Shown here one piece after another: positions 22,521 to 36,300 of a DNA stretch of 64,000 bases (position 1 is its first letter; each line of letters opens with the position of its first letter). Made by a program: the position numbers and the translations under genes. Below the pieces are notes generated by a model. That model was given only the letters and a program-made list of their open reading frames with translations, was not told the DNA's origin and ran no database searches. Source of the DNA: Amoebophrya sp. A120. Taxonomy: Eukaryota > Protista > Dinoflagellata. Location: contig CAJINV010000015.1 of NCBI GenBank assembly GCA_905178155.1, forward strand, positions 1,035,907 through 1,099,906, in the 5' to 3' direction.

Positions 22521-25500
22521 TTACGTGCGCAGCCCCTTCGCGATGGAGACCACCCCGAGGGAGTGGCAGACCATGCAGATCATGACGAAGACGACGAAGG
22601 AGTAGGACTGGTAGCCCGATTTTTCCAAACCGAACACGTTGTAGCGGTCCAACACGCGGAGCTTGTTCAAATCGCCGTTTTCCGTCTCCCGGACGATGGT
22701 GGACTCGTCCGCCGGCTTGGGGGGTGCGACGGTTTGCGAGGCAGCGGCTTGTTGGCCTTTGGCAACACCTCCTCCTTGGACGTTGCCAGATTGTTGCACA
22801 TTAGCTGCTCCTGGTGCAGCGGGTGAACGAGCGTCGAAATCTGGAGGGGCAACCACGGGCTCGGTGTCGCCTGCAGGTTCCGGCGGTCTCGCTGGTGCGT
22901 CTGCATGCATACGTATTCCACGCTGCAATGCTTCCTCCTCCAAGAAGGAGGCCGCGGATGAAGCGGCCGCAACCATCATGTCGAGGGGTACCCCAAATGC
23001 TGCGGTTTGTCCGGGCTGTGACCCGCCCATCTGCATTTGCGCGTGATTTCCCTTCGAAGCTGCCTGCGGGGCAGGAGTAGCTGCCTGGGCCGCCCCTTGC
23101 GTATTCGGCATACCTGTTGGAGGAGAACGTTTTCTAATTATCACGATCAGATGATACATTCCAATTTGAATGGACCGAATCAAGAAAAACCGATTTGCAG
23201 ATGCAAGTACGACATTGTGAGTGTTTGAAAGAAAAACGGATCGCGTTCACTTCATAGACAGAAAGCAATTTTGTATCTGAGAGTGATGCATTCTTTCGCA
23301 GCATCGCAAATTTCAGCACAACATGAGCAGTATGATATAATCCGTAGGTAAGTACCTGGCACATGCAGAAACTGGTCGACGTTTCCCTGGAACAGATAGC
23401 AGTTCTTGTCGTCCCCGGTGTAGGAGAATTTGCAGGTGAAGGACAACCGATCCGTATCAAGAAGAGAAATCCCCTCTCCCCGTATCGACAGCGGAAATCT
23501 GTGATGCAGATTTGTGGCAACAAATCAGCTTTGTCATGCTAGAAGGGAAGAGATGCGGACTGTAGTGCTGGTTGGCGTGGGAAAGCCTTGATGCGTCTTC
23601 AGCATGACAGAAGGCAGCTGGAAGTGGGAAGCAGCATGACAAATCGCCTGCAAACGAGGCCACAACTGCGGCGCTTGGCCTTCTAGCATTACAGGCCGAC
23701 TTGTGTACTCAAATACAGCATCACAAGTTTCGTTTTCAATATGGGGAGGGGGGATTTTTTCTTTTGATAGTCCGCCCGGTAGGGCCAGGAATTCATGCAC
23801 AGGTACTCGCACCAACGCTTCTGCTCCGTCGAGTCCGTGTGCGGCTGGGATTTCCCGAACCAACCGAGATCCTGGAAAAAGTTGTGCGCCTGCTCTTCCC
23901 CCACCGCATTGCCCGAGTCCGTGATGGTCGCTTCGACTCTGTCCGCGTTCTGCCCGTTCTGCGGGTTCGACCCGGACGCGGCGTGTAATACAGAATCCTT
24001 GATGCGCACGTGGATCGCGCACGTCCCCTCCTGGTAGCCCGCAAAGGGCGAGGCGGTGGAAACTTGCGCCAAACCAATGTCGTGCGGGATGAAAGACTGT
24101 GCGAACTCCACGTTCGACGTTTTCGCGTTGCTGTCCATGATCATCTGGGTGTAAAACTGGCAGGACTGGTGCTGATCGGTGGTTGGAGTCGCGGACCCCT
24201 GCCCCTTGGCCTGCATTTGCCGCTCCTTCTGCTTGTTCTCGGCCGCAATTTCCTCCGTCTTCTCGTTGATGCGCGCATTGCGCTCTTTGTCGGTCTCTCC
24301 CGCCTCGATTTGCATGGTCGGACCAGCAGGTGTCTTCGCCGCCGCTTGTTGTAGCTGGCTTTTCGGGAGGGCAAGGACCTGCTTCCCATCCCCTTTCGTG
24401 ATCTCGTCGACCTCGCCGTGCGCCAGGTCCCGCATGGTCCGCATGGCGCCGTGGTAGGCCGAAAAGTAATATCCTGTGCAAAAGTATCGCACTCGTATAA
24501 ATGCAAGTCTTGCATTACAAATTTTTTCTTCATCAAGGCAAATCAGCACTACAAATTTTATTATTATTTCTCATGCTGAGATAATTTGTAATGCATTTAT
24601 ACGAGTACGCTACTTTTGCAGTGCATAAGTAGTCCTTCAACGGGACCCCGGACTGGTGCGCGAAGGAATTGACGTCCCAGAAGTAGTTGATCCCCGTGTC
24701 CTTCGTGAAGAGCAACACCGTGACGAACACCCAGGCGGTCAAGGCCACGCAGACAAATGGCATATGGATTGCAAATAAGTCTGGGTCTGGAAGGATGTAA
24801 CTTGTCATGCTGAATCCAAATCATGCAAAAACCTGTGTTGCATGAGCGCCAAAAGCTGTCCACTTTGGACCAAGTCGGGTGGCAGTTTCTCATGCAGGAT
24901 AGGCATGACAGAGACCCCACAGTGTCTGTCATGCTAGGTCCCGCATTCCAGACCTCAGTCATGGGTCATGGAAAACCTGCATGACAAGTTTACGCTCTTC
25001 CAGACCCAGACATTTTTACATTTGATACGGCACGTTGGTCAGCATGTTCGTCTTATACGGGTGGTTAAAAAACCGGAACCAGAAGCTTTCCTCGTACCGG
25101 GCCCGCTCCGCCTCGGGGGAGCGGTCTTCCAACTCCTCCAACAACCCACCGACGTTCTGCTCGCCGCGCATCGCGGCGGAAGTCCTTGCCCCGCGCCGGA
25201 TTTGCGGGTTCACCAGGGAGACTTCGCGGGATAAGACCCCCGGTGCTTCTCCCGATCGGTACCGGTTGATTACCGCTTCTTCCTCCGCCGAGGAAATTGC
25301 GGAAGAACTGCTGGCGGACGAAAACATCAACGGCCGTCCCTCTTCCAAATCCCGGCCTGCATGAGAATGGTGGCGCTTGTTATTCCCACCAGCCGGCATC
25401 GGGGACTGCGGCTCATCCACTCCCTCGACATTCACACCCAGCTTCCGCACCTTCGGCCGCATGGGCCCACTCGCGCAGGCGATGCAGACGTTGGCGATGG

Positions 25501-28500
25501 CCATGATTTGGAAGGAAAAGATCATCGCCATGTCGGCGTTATTGGATCGACCGGTAATGTCCCCAATGTACCAAAATCCGTCCTTCCAGAGGGACATCGG
25601 GGAGTACCTGATAATTTTTTTTTTCCCGATGGAGAACTTGCTTGAGAAAAAGGATCGTCCTAATGATCACAGGAAAAAAAGGCATCTACAGATTTTCATT
25701 TTCTGGATTTGCATCACGAGTTATCTCTAAATTTATTTTGCAAGATCATACATCAAGACAAGAACTTCTTCTACAGCTTCTATTCCAAAATTCTATACCA
25801 TGCGGGCATCGGGTCTTCAACCTTCCGCACATCCAAGTCCGGCTTTTCCGCCTCCCGGCACGGGACCGTCAACGCAATCACCAGGATGAAAAACGTCACC
25901 GCGTTTGCGCCCCAAAACGCGGCCAGATAGATCAGCGAGTCCCGCTGCGCAATCGCGGAGTTCGGGGTGGTCGTCCCCAGTTTGTTCCGGGCCCCTTGGA
26001 AGGACAATGTCAATGGCAACGTCAGTGCAAACGCGAAATCCAGGGTAGCGAATTGCGCGAAGGAGCCGAACGCGAGCTTGGTCTGCATGTAAATTTTCCC
26101 GCAGAAGATCCAGGTCAGGCCGTACACCGTGAAGAGGTAAAATGACGCAATGTAGGTGTCGAGACACGCGCGACCCTCCTTCAAGATCGTCACGGTTTTC
26201 GAAATGTCGTCCTGGTTCGCGACGAACGGTGCCACGACGTTGCTCGTCGAGCCGTCATCGTCTTCGTTCTGCGCGGAGGACTGTCCGCCGTGCACCAACG
26301 CGACCCCCACCTGCGCCTGCTTCAAAGCCCCGGTGTCGTTGCCGCCGTCGCCGCACATGGCGATCACGTAACGGGAAGACCGGTCCTGGAAGAACCGGAT
26401 AACCTTCCGTTTCCCATCCGGCTTGATCCGACCGTACACTTGGATGTATGGTTGCAACTTGTGCCACAAGGTCGCGTACCCCGGTTCCGTCGTCATTTTG
26501 TTAAACGCGTCCGCGGAGATCGCACAAGAGACAAAATCGACACCCCGATGCGTTCCGTGGTTGTTATGCATTGCAAAAGTATGGTACTAGTACAAATCGC
26601 ATGACAAATTTTGCCAAGAGCAAAAATGGGACTTGTCATGCTGAAAAAGGTAGACACAGATATCTGTTATGCATGAACGCAATTAGTACGAGTACGATGC
26701 TTTTGCAAAGGATAGTTGTTCGCTTTCAGCAAGTGGTGGAGTTGGTCCAAATCGCGGTTGTTTTTGATTTTCGGCTGCACTTTCCCGTCCGGGCCCTGGA
26801 TGTCGTCCAGCTCTTCCCAAACGGGTAAGTTTTCTTCCGGATTCACGGAAATGCAGAAAGGACAGTGCTCGACCAAACCGACCTGCTTCGAGATCGCCAC
26901 GCCGGTGTAGACACTGTCCCCCGTGATCATCACTGTGTGCACGTTTGCGGCCTTCAGCTCCTTGATCACGAGAAACGATTCCGGCCGCAATTCGTTCCGG
27001 AACAGCGGCATGCCGAGGTACTCGAACATGGACTGGGTCAACACATCGTCGAGCGAAACGCTATCCAATTGCGACCAGTCGAGGGCTATGCACTGCAAAA
27101 GTATCGCACTCGTAGTAATTGCAGTCATGCATTACAAACCCAACTTTCTACCCAAAGTAGCATGACAAATTGCATTTTTGTACTTGAGAGAATTTGTGAT
27201 GCAATTTATACTAGTACGATAACTTTGCAATGCATAAGGTCCATCTGGGCCTGGCAAAGTCCCAAAACGTAAAACCCCTTCGAGGAATACGTCTGCGACA
27301 AATCCGTCAGTCGCTTTTCAATCGCCTGCTGCTTTTTCTTGCTGTTCGGCGACTGCGTCATCGCCTCCCCGGAGCAGAGCTTCGTCACTGCCTCCATGGA
27401 CCCCTTCGCAAACACCGTGACCTTTTTCTTATCCGGGTTCTGCACGTCATGCGTGCAGGTCAAAGTGACCTGCAACTGCCGACTTTGGTCGAACTTCCAC
27501 TTGCGGAGGATCAGCGCCTGCTGGTGCGCGGCATCGGGGCCAACCACCATCAACGCAGATCTCGTGTCCTGCTCCCCGCGGGGCCCGGTCATCGGGATGC
27601 TGTAGCGGGTCAGGTTCCAGCCGACGGAGGACAAAGCCTCCTTTTCCAACGGATTCCCGACAATCGACAGATCCGGGCCGACGGACAAAGAGTGACAGCA
27701 GGCGAGCGCGAACAAAGCCGCGTCGTTCCCGGTTTTGGTCAGTTGCTTGTTGAATCCCACCTGGTCTCCCTGTTCGAACATGACTTCCGCAAACGCCTCC
27801 TTGATGTGTATGGGGTTCTCAAGCGTTACACTCTCAGGTGTTTCATAAATTTGTGATGCAAGAATGGAAAAAGTGAAAGGGGGTAGGTTGCACCTGTAGC
27901 ATTACAAATTTCGAACAGATTTAGGTGCTGTTTAGTCCGTCGCAAATTTGTCATGCCAAGCAGCTTGATCGTGTGGATGATGATGGTGTTTTTGCATGAC
28001 AAATCCATGTAACAGTTGAGAATGTAACGTTTGAGAACTCCATAATGTGCGGCGCAACGTTCGAACCCTCAACGATCGACCCGCGCTTTCGCATCTGGGT
28101 GACCACCTGCGCCAGTTCCTCCTTCGGCACCGCCGACGCGGAATGACCACTGCTGGTTGTTTTTTCGCTCTGCTGGGGACTCGTCGGGGAAGACAAGGTC
28201 GGACCGGTTGGACTCGCAACGGCGACAATTCCAGTGACCCGATCCGCGTAGGCCGCCTCCGCATCCATCGGAGCCCGCAGAATGCCGGACACCTGGGGAA
28301 TCCGGGCCTCCGAAATGCCCTCGCCCTCGGGACCGTAATATCCCGCCGCCTCCCCCTCGGAAAACACCCCTCCCGCAACTTCGCCCTCTGCAGCAGCTCC
28401 ACGTTGCGTATTCTTGTTTCCGCTTGCCTTCTTGCTGGTGGACCGTTTTTTCGGGGTTTTTGGCCCACCGCCTGCGATGTGCGTGCCAATGGTTTTCCGC

Positions 28501-31500
28501 GCGTCGTTATGAACTGCAAAAGTATCGCACTCGTATAAATGCATGACAAATTCCCTCAGCATGAAAAATAAAATTTGTAATGCGGATTTACCTTGAGAAA
28601 GAAATTTGCAATGCATGATTGCCATACGAGTACGATACTTTTGCACAGGATAGTCGTCGTCGGAGGGGTCCGTCGTGACTCCCCGATCGGAATTGTTTTC
28701 CGCGAGTGGGTATGCATTGCAAATATGTCTGGCTCTGGAAAGTTGTCATGCCAATGTCCGAATCATACGCAAACTGTATTGCGGAGCCACGCATGACAAG
28801 TTGTTTCCGAGCGACTATATCTAGCGTTAACCGCATGACGAATTGCCTTTTTGCATCATGACAAACAAGTGGCACTGTACTAGCGCAACGAACATGACAG
28901 ACTTGTCTGTGTGGTCGACCAAGCATGACAAACTTGCATTCTTCCAGACCCAGACATATTTGCATTTGATAGTGGGATGTTCTGCGGGCGGGAAAACTCG
29001 TCAATTTTCGGCATCATCAACACCGACCCTTTGACCGCCCGGGTGCCCTGCTTTTTCAAAGCGAAGTCCCCGGCTAACGACCCCCGCGCCGGGCCTTTCC
29101 GGTCAATGGTAATTCCGAAGAAGTCCATACCCTCCTTTGTTAATGTACCCGTCTTGTCGAAGCAGAAGAGGTTCACCTTCCCCGCCTGCGCGATTTTTTG
29201 CGGTTCCATGCAGAGGATACCGCCGTTGTCGGATTTTTCCAGACGTCGCGCGGACATGTCGGACGCGCGGGCCATCATGGTCGGAATCAACGGGTTGACC
29301 AATTGCGCGAAAGAGGTAAAAGCGGTGACTAGAACACCAATAATGATCTCGAAGTGCTCGTCGTCTTTAAAGGGGTTCGTGCAGATCAAGAGCAGAATCA
29401 GCACCATCGGCTGCAGGCAGGAGAGGTAGAACCAGACGGTGCGGAGTTCGAAGTCAAACTCGAAGAACAACGCCAGGGGGTAGAACATGGTCCGGATCAA
29501 ATCTCCCTTCAGCGTTCCGGTCCCGATCGCCGTCACCACTGCGTAGACCGCGTGCTTCGAAAATTCGTTCGCCGGGCCAGAATTCCGCGTTACCACATCC
29601 CCGGTCACCCCGCGCACCGGGGACAGATCCGGCGACTGCGGGACCGATTGGCCGCCATCACCCGGTTTCGAACTTGTCAACACCGCGATCACCTCGGTAC
29701 CGTTGAATAACATGTGGGTTTTGTCCTTCACTGTGTCCAACGGTCTCTTCGGCCCCTTGTCTTCCGCCGGTTCCTTTTCCATCGGGGTGGACTCCCCGGT
29801 TAAGGTGGACTCGTCCATAAGAACTGACCCCCGCACCAGCATCGCCTCACACGGCAACACCATGCCGTCCGTGATTTCGATGATATCGCCCGGGAGCAAC
29901 TCTTCGGAATTCACCTCGTAAAATTGCGCTTTCGAGTTGAACTCAAATCCATTCCGCCAGCACCTCACCCGGGTGAGGGATTTGCTCATCGCCAGAATCC
30001 GGTTCCAGCCTCGGTAATCGTAGAACGCGTTGAGAACGCCGGAAGTGATGAAGATCACCTCGTAAATAATCGTGACGTACCACGCGTCTAAGAAGATGAA
30101 TAGAAACGCGGCGAGCACTTGGAAAACGTACATGAAACTCCCGGTGAATTCCTGGTAGAGGCACATGAAAAACGTCTTGTCCTCGTGCGGTTCGATCACG
30201 TTTTTTCCGAAGTACCCCTGCAAGTTCTCAATCCGGTCGTAGGTGACCTTCCCGAGCCCGAGCTTCACCTGCGTGCCCGCCGTGTCCTGCTGGGAGGATA
30301 AATGGTCGTTTTTGAAGAACTGTCCCTTCAACTGGGAGGTTGACAAGTGCTCCAGCCGCTCCTTGCGCGGGACGAATTTACCCTGGGCGGTGTCGTAGAC
30401 GTACTTCAGGCATTTGAAATGGAAAATCTTCACTTCCACATCACCCCCGTGCGCCGCGTTCCCGTAGCTCATCCGGTTGCCCGAAATCGACTGTCGTTGG
30501 TGTTTATGCATTGCAGATATGTCTGGGTCTGGAAGGGTGCAAGGTTTGTCATGCTTGTCTGGCATGAGTAAAGAGTTTGTGATGCGTGTTCAAGAAGAGA
30601 CCCTTTTGCTTGTCATCATGCAAAAAAGCAGCTTGTCATGCGAAAACTGCAATACTGAGCAGCGCAGATACTTCTCATGCTTGGCTGTGCATTACAGAGG
30701 ATTCACTGTTCCCAACCCAGCATTACAAGTTTCCAGACCCAGAGGACATATTTGCTTTGCATAGTGTCGCTGCACCGAGTAATCGTCTTCCAACCGGACA
30801 AAGGCTCCGGTCTCGCCGGGGCCGGCGGCGGAGGGCCCGGAAATTGCCTCGTCGTCCACCGCCATATCCATATCATAGATCGTTTGCAACTCCCGGTCCG
30901 TGTCGGCTTTGGTCAGTTCCGTGGAGATCCACACGTACTGGATCGGCTGCAAGTTCCTGGACGTCATCGCCTTCTGGATGTTTCTTCGCCCCTGCGGTTG
31001 CTCGGTTTGCCCCGCCTGGCCCGTGAAATACGCCGACTCGTCCAGCTCCCAGACGTCCTATGGATTGCAAAAATGTCTGGGTCTGGAAGATTCGAACTTG
31101 TCATGCTGCTTTCGAACTGTAAGAAAGTTTGTATTGCATGACCAGCAAGAAGAGCGCAGTTTTTGCTACACGGCCAGGGCATTTCTCATGCGGAAGGTGC
31201 ATCAGGAAGCCCTCTAAAAGTCTGCGATGCTAGGTCAAGCATTACAGGCCTCATGGGTCATGAGAAATATGCATGACAAATCTTGCATTCTTCCAGACCC
31301 AGACATATTTGCATTTGATACGTCCTCCGAAAACCCGATAATGTTGGCGTCGACCAACTCGGCCACTTCCGCCAGGGTGAGAGCGTTGTACAGGTCCGCG
31401 AAGTAGAAGAAACCCATCAAAATGGTGAGCAAAATCCAGGTGTAAATGAAGACGAACCCGAACTGGAGTTTCGCATTCACCGCGTCTGGTTTCTGGTTGC

Positions 31501-32086
31501 CCCACCCGACGCACTGAAACATGTAAAAATTCCCACCCGCGTGCGCGTCCTTTCCGTCGGCACAGGGAAGCAGCATTTTTTGCAAAGCTAAAACCGCCGT
31601 GCCCTCTTCCGCGCCGTCTTTGTCGACGTAGACCGCGATGACGGAGGAAATGGTGAACAGCATGAAGGTCACGAAAAGGATCCACACGCAGTACAAAGCC
31701 GCGCCGGCCTTGGAGTAGCGGAACGCGAGCTGGGTGTCCGTCCGGGATTGGCTTATCACCTGCTTCACGTTGAACATTCTCGGGCGGATCAGCTTCCTCC
31801 AGATCCCGAACAGTCCCGTGATAAAGAGTAACACGAAAAACCCCGCGGTCATGCCCTGGATGTATTTGGAACTCGCCAGCTGCCCGAAGTGCCCGGAAAT
31901 CCGGCCCCAGGCGGTGAACTCATCCCCGTGCACCGTGGCGGGCGCTGGGTTGTCGTTGGTGGACACACCGGGCTGCGACTCGAGGAAGGAAAAGCGGTCG
32001 GAATTTGGAGCAGTTTTGTGGGTCCCATAATGCTCCATGTGGTACCACGCATACGTGTGCGCGCCAAGAATGGGAGGGTCCAACAT
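22521..32086 (-). CDS. P5-type (ATP13A/P5B-like) P-type ATPase
   Basis: Motifs SEELLPGDI, DESTLTGES, CFDKTGTLT, CHSL/GNPLE, KGSME, MITGDS and MCGDGGNDTGALKQAQVGVAL. The frame is continuous through 10 introners and 2 GT-AG introns to a final TM segment and stop at 22521. Confidence 0.9.
23455..23769. mobile_element. Introner family C (TIR aaatccccYYccccRtat)
   Basis: TSD atccg/gtccg; TAT/ATA ends. Confidence 0.88.
24470..24627. mobile_element. Introner family B
   Basis: TSD agtaa/agtag. Confidence 0.9.
24763..25027. mobile_element. Introner family A
   Basis: TSD tggca/cggca. Confidence 0.9.
26565..26714. mobile_element. Introner family B
   Basis: TSD gttgt. Confidence 0.9.
27087..27236. 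mobile_element. Introner family B
   Basis: TSD agggc/aggtc. Confidence 0.88.
27809..28044. mobile_element. Introner family D (TIR tatggRgttctcaaRcgttaca), intact copy
   Basis: TSD atgtg; homologous to the flanks of 52672-54599. Confidence 0.9.
28508..28652. mobile_element. Introner family B
   Basis: TSD gtcgt. Confidence 0.9.
28711..28971. mobile_element. Introner family A
   Basis: TSD gtggg. Confidence 0.9.
30505..30763. mobile_element. Introner family A
   Basis: TSD gtgtt/gtgtc; internally similar to 50915-51167 in the opposite orientation. Confidence 0.9.
31059..31320. mobile_element. Introner family A
   Basis: TSD cgtcc. Confidence 0.92.
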
Positions 32087-33307
32087 TTTTTTCTTGATAA
32101 TGTGTGGACCGTTTCTTCTTTATACTTATATACTCTGAACAGTTCACGTTGGCCGTTCGAAGGGGGAATGATGAATCGAATGGGGAGGAAAATTCAAATT
32201 TTTACTTTTAGTTTTAGGGGTGCTAAATTTAGGAAAAATAAATAGGTGTTGATGCGAATTAAAAACAAATTTAGGTCGTGAATTCAACAGAAGCCTTTCG
32301 CGAGACATCATGCATGCACCACTTTGATAAGAAGTGTTTAGCAGGATTATTTGGGGAAATGAAAATAAATGTGGGCGAAAAACTGTGAATGGGATTATGG
32401 CGGACTTCAAGCGATTTTTACATATTGTGAAGTGAGGCGATGAAAGACGACGATAGCGATTGTGCGATGACGAGAGGGCCGCGCCTCGACGGGAGAGCAA
32501 TGTTGACTCCAAGGACGAACAAGAGTCTCACTTTTCGCTCCGAATGATTCATTGTAAAAACGAAAACGAACGACAGAGTTTGACTAATCATTGCGATGTA
32601 GGCCGTGTAGATGTACGATCCAAATTTTTCATCTTGTACGAAAGCTAGCAGGTGCACGAGGTAGGGGCCGATTCAAGCTTTGATTTTACTTTTGAGCTTA
32701 CGACAAACCGATTTCTTTTTTTACTAGATGGCGATAGTAAGTCCAATAGGACTTCTTTTTACTATCGAGCAACCGAGGCGGTGCGGAATGAATCAACCGT
32801 GAAGACCGAAATTATCTGTAATTTTTCTTCACCAATTCAGGTTGCACAACAAACTGGAACTCGGCAATATTTTCATACGAAACTCCTTCATTTTGGGGTT
32901 GCCTAGAAGTCATAATATTTATATTCAAGCTGTTGTGCTACTACAACATCATAAGCTACATAGAGGAAAGCGAATTCGTTTGTGCGATCATCGTACAGTT
33001 TCATTTTTCTGTATGGAATTCAAGATTTTCTGATACTGGTTTGAAAGAAAGTAAAAATTAAAATGGTTGTTCAGACTACTTGTCACTGCGTGGTACTGAC
33101 TGCATGTCAATTCTGCCTTCTCGAAGTTTTAGTTAATAATGCGATGGTACACATACATTCTACATGACACAAATATTTGGAATCCGCACTAGCGCTCAAT
33201 GTAAATGCATCGAAACATACAAACAGTTCTATACTAAAATATGGTCAGTAGCTCACAGATCAGCATCCGCTCTATCAATCTTTTAATCGTTCGTCATCGT
33301 GGTACTA

Positions 33308-36300
33308 CTAACTTAATCGCCGAAGCCGAACTTCGTCGTTGAAATCCTTCACAAAGCGACACTCTTCCAAAGCCTCGGACTCCCGTATGAAGATGAAAAC
33401 AAATCCGCCCTCCCCACACTCAAACGGAGACTTGTGTAGCAGGACCTGGTGTGGTCAGGGTCGCCAAAAATCAATGTGTCATGATAATAGAGGAAATGAC
33501 ACGCGGAGTGTAGTGCTGAAGCCTAGTGTGGTCTTCAGCATGACAGGGAGCCACTGCGCTGCCGGGAATTATAGCATGACAAGTAATTGCTATTGCCTGC
33601 AAAGCCATTACGAGGGGGCCGGATGTGCTTCTCGTTCTGGTGGCCTTGTAGCAATACAAGTTAAAAATCTGCGTACTTACGCAAATCGCGCATGAGAAAT
33701 TTCCTTTTGAATATGGGGAGCGGGGATTTTTCGTCGCTGTATCACAACCTCTTTGTTTTTCCCTTCATCGTATACTTTTTTCCGCTATGCATTGCAAAAG
33801 TTACTACCGCACTCGCACAAATTTTTGCAGTCTACTAGCATGACAGATTGCATCTTCTCTGCACCTTTACCTGGTCCTGCACGTTGACAACTTGCATCTT
33901 TCCTTGATGTGGAGGGGTTTGTCATGTTGGAAGGCTAAGGGCTGGGCGTCCCCTCGTAAATTACTTCGACAAACAGTAGCCTCATACCCGGTAAACTCTA
34001 GAAGAAATTATTGGACAACGCGATTTCTATCGAAAGACAAGCACAACAGCATCTGGGACGGCCGCGACGACAGCTGTGTGGATATCTGGATAGAAATAGC
34101 CCTGTGCAAAAACTTTTCCTAGCACCGAGGGATTAAAAGAAAAGTAAAAAACGATGAAAAACAACAACTAAGACACAGTCCCACCTATGTCGAGAAAATC
34201 ACCCTAAAAGGTGGTAGCGCCAGTAGTATCAGTAAAGGTGTCCTGAACACGAGAGTGTGCGGGTGAAGACAAAACCCTAGGACAAGCATGCAAAAGGCCA
34301 ACGAAACCGGACGGGGAGACAGTCCGAACAACAGCTCCAGGGCGGGCCTGGGCGGAAAATGCATGACAAACACCGGAAGCCGAAACAGATCATGACAAGG
34401 AAAGGCCATAATGATACTAAAGGTGGCACCAGGGTGGAAAAATAAATGTTGGTCTTGTTCGTCTCCTTGGTCTCGTTCCCACAGCCCCAGTAAAAGCTAA
34501 AGTAATTTTTTAAAAAATTAATAATAAAGCTTTACTCTACGCGCGCATAAGTTACTTTGTCTAGACCGGTCGATCCACTTCTGCCTGTACCGTCTCTATT
34601 CCGTTTTCTCTACCACTCTAAGAAGTGGCGATCTTATGCATAGCATGCCTAGAACAAGGGCCCACTATGACGCGTCGTCAGGGCGCAAGCTAAGTTTTCA
34701 TTCCCAGAGGGCAAGGGCCCCCGCATGCAAATGTGCCAGACACCCTAAACAAGATACAAAACACGACCGCGAGGTCGACACCAACATAGGGAACTGGCAA
34801 CGGGAGGGGAAGAGGAAAACCTAGTGTCATAGAAGGTCGAGAAAAACGGAGTTAGAGTGCTCGCTATTTTCCGCGTCTTAGATGGTTGCTCAAGGGTACA
34901 GGCGCCGGCTCCACCATGAGCAACCACGCGAAAAATACGTGGATAATGATATTGTTATTGATGTAGTAAGGCGCACGTTGTTTGTTCGCGTCGTGGTGTC
35001 TGGTTGGTTCTTCGTTGTTGTTGTAGCTCGTGTATTCTCTGTCTGGGACGGTGCTACGGTGGAAAAAGGGTTTTCACGGCATGAACAGCTCCAAACCGGC
35101 TACCGGTGCTGTAGTTCCTGCCTCGACCTCGTTTTGTCTTTGTTTTCGTTTCTCTCTCCTCCCCTTACCCCGTGTTAATCTTATCCATCTCCTCCGCCCT
35201 ATTGCTAACCGCCAGAAAACAGCTAGCTCCAGTGCTCTCGCTGTTCTAAAAAACCGTTCGAATGTCGACGACCGTTGGTTCTGAGCAGGTGCGTAACGAT
35301 GCTAAAAATTGTACTGCATGTCCTGCGTTGTGTAGTTGGTAGGTGTGCACGAGGTTCGCGGATCTTGGTATGTGGAGATGGTAGTTGATGTATTTTTCAT
35401 ACAAAAGGATTGAATTACACCTGAAGTTCGGCGGGCCAGCTACTAGGAGCCAAACCACAGCCTTCCTGCAACAGGGAAAGGTTTTTATTCAGCAGGCGTC
35501 CCCGGTACTCTAGGGGGAGGAAAGCGGTGCTGGGTACACCCCTATGGTTGTGCAACAAATGCAAATAAGACCACGCTACTGTGCATGAGCGCGCCGAGAT
35601 AAAATGCAAGTAAGGACACGCATCAGTGTACGTACATGCCGTGGGAAACCACAGCAAGACAAAGATTTTTGGACAAAAATCTTAAGAAAAGCATCACAAG
35701 CCAACCAGAGCCAAAAATCGCACACCATCCCACATTCGTGGACAAGGGTCATGCTGACATCTTTCCTTGATGTGGAAGGGTTTGTCATGCGAAAAATTCC
35801 AATTCGACTAGTACGATAGTACTTTTGCACTTCATATCCGCCTGTAGTGCTTTTCCAGCGAAGTGGGCGAAATGTTTTTTAAACCCCGGGTTCCGGTACT
35901 CATGTTACCTCCACGAGGACTGTTGTTCGTCTCGAGTAACGTGCTTGCAAGCGTCATCTTATCGTAAGAAAAAACTGTTCCACTGTAAGGATTTTGCAAC
36001 TTTTGCATTACAAGTTCGCTACACACTACAAAGAAAACTTGCCACGCAAGGATCCTAAGGGAATAAAACACCGCTAAAAATCTCTTGTCTTGCATGTGTA
36101 GCAAGACAAACACTTCAGTGATGCATTTTCTGCATCACAAGTTCACAGTGAAAAAGTGTTTTTCTTGGAATACATCTTGTCCCCTCGGTTTGTCGGAGAC
36201 AGCGACACCAGGTCCTTTTGCGACAGAAGCAACTCCTCTATCATCGGCTTTGATAGCGTGATTTTTGTCGCAAATTCGGAGAGGAAAGATTCTTTCTTGT

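Noticed and set aside
9015-31217. Plus-strand ORFs such as 13289-14014, 19334-20068 and 27230-27856
   Set aside because: They are antisense shadows of the well-supported minus-strand genes.
35708-35721. Second, degenerate spliced leader (gagccaaaaatcgc) in the 2-kb cargo
   Set aside because: Only 9 contiguous matches, compatible with chance.
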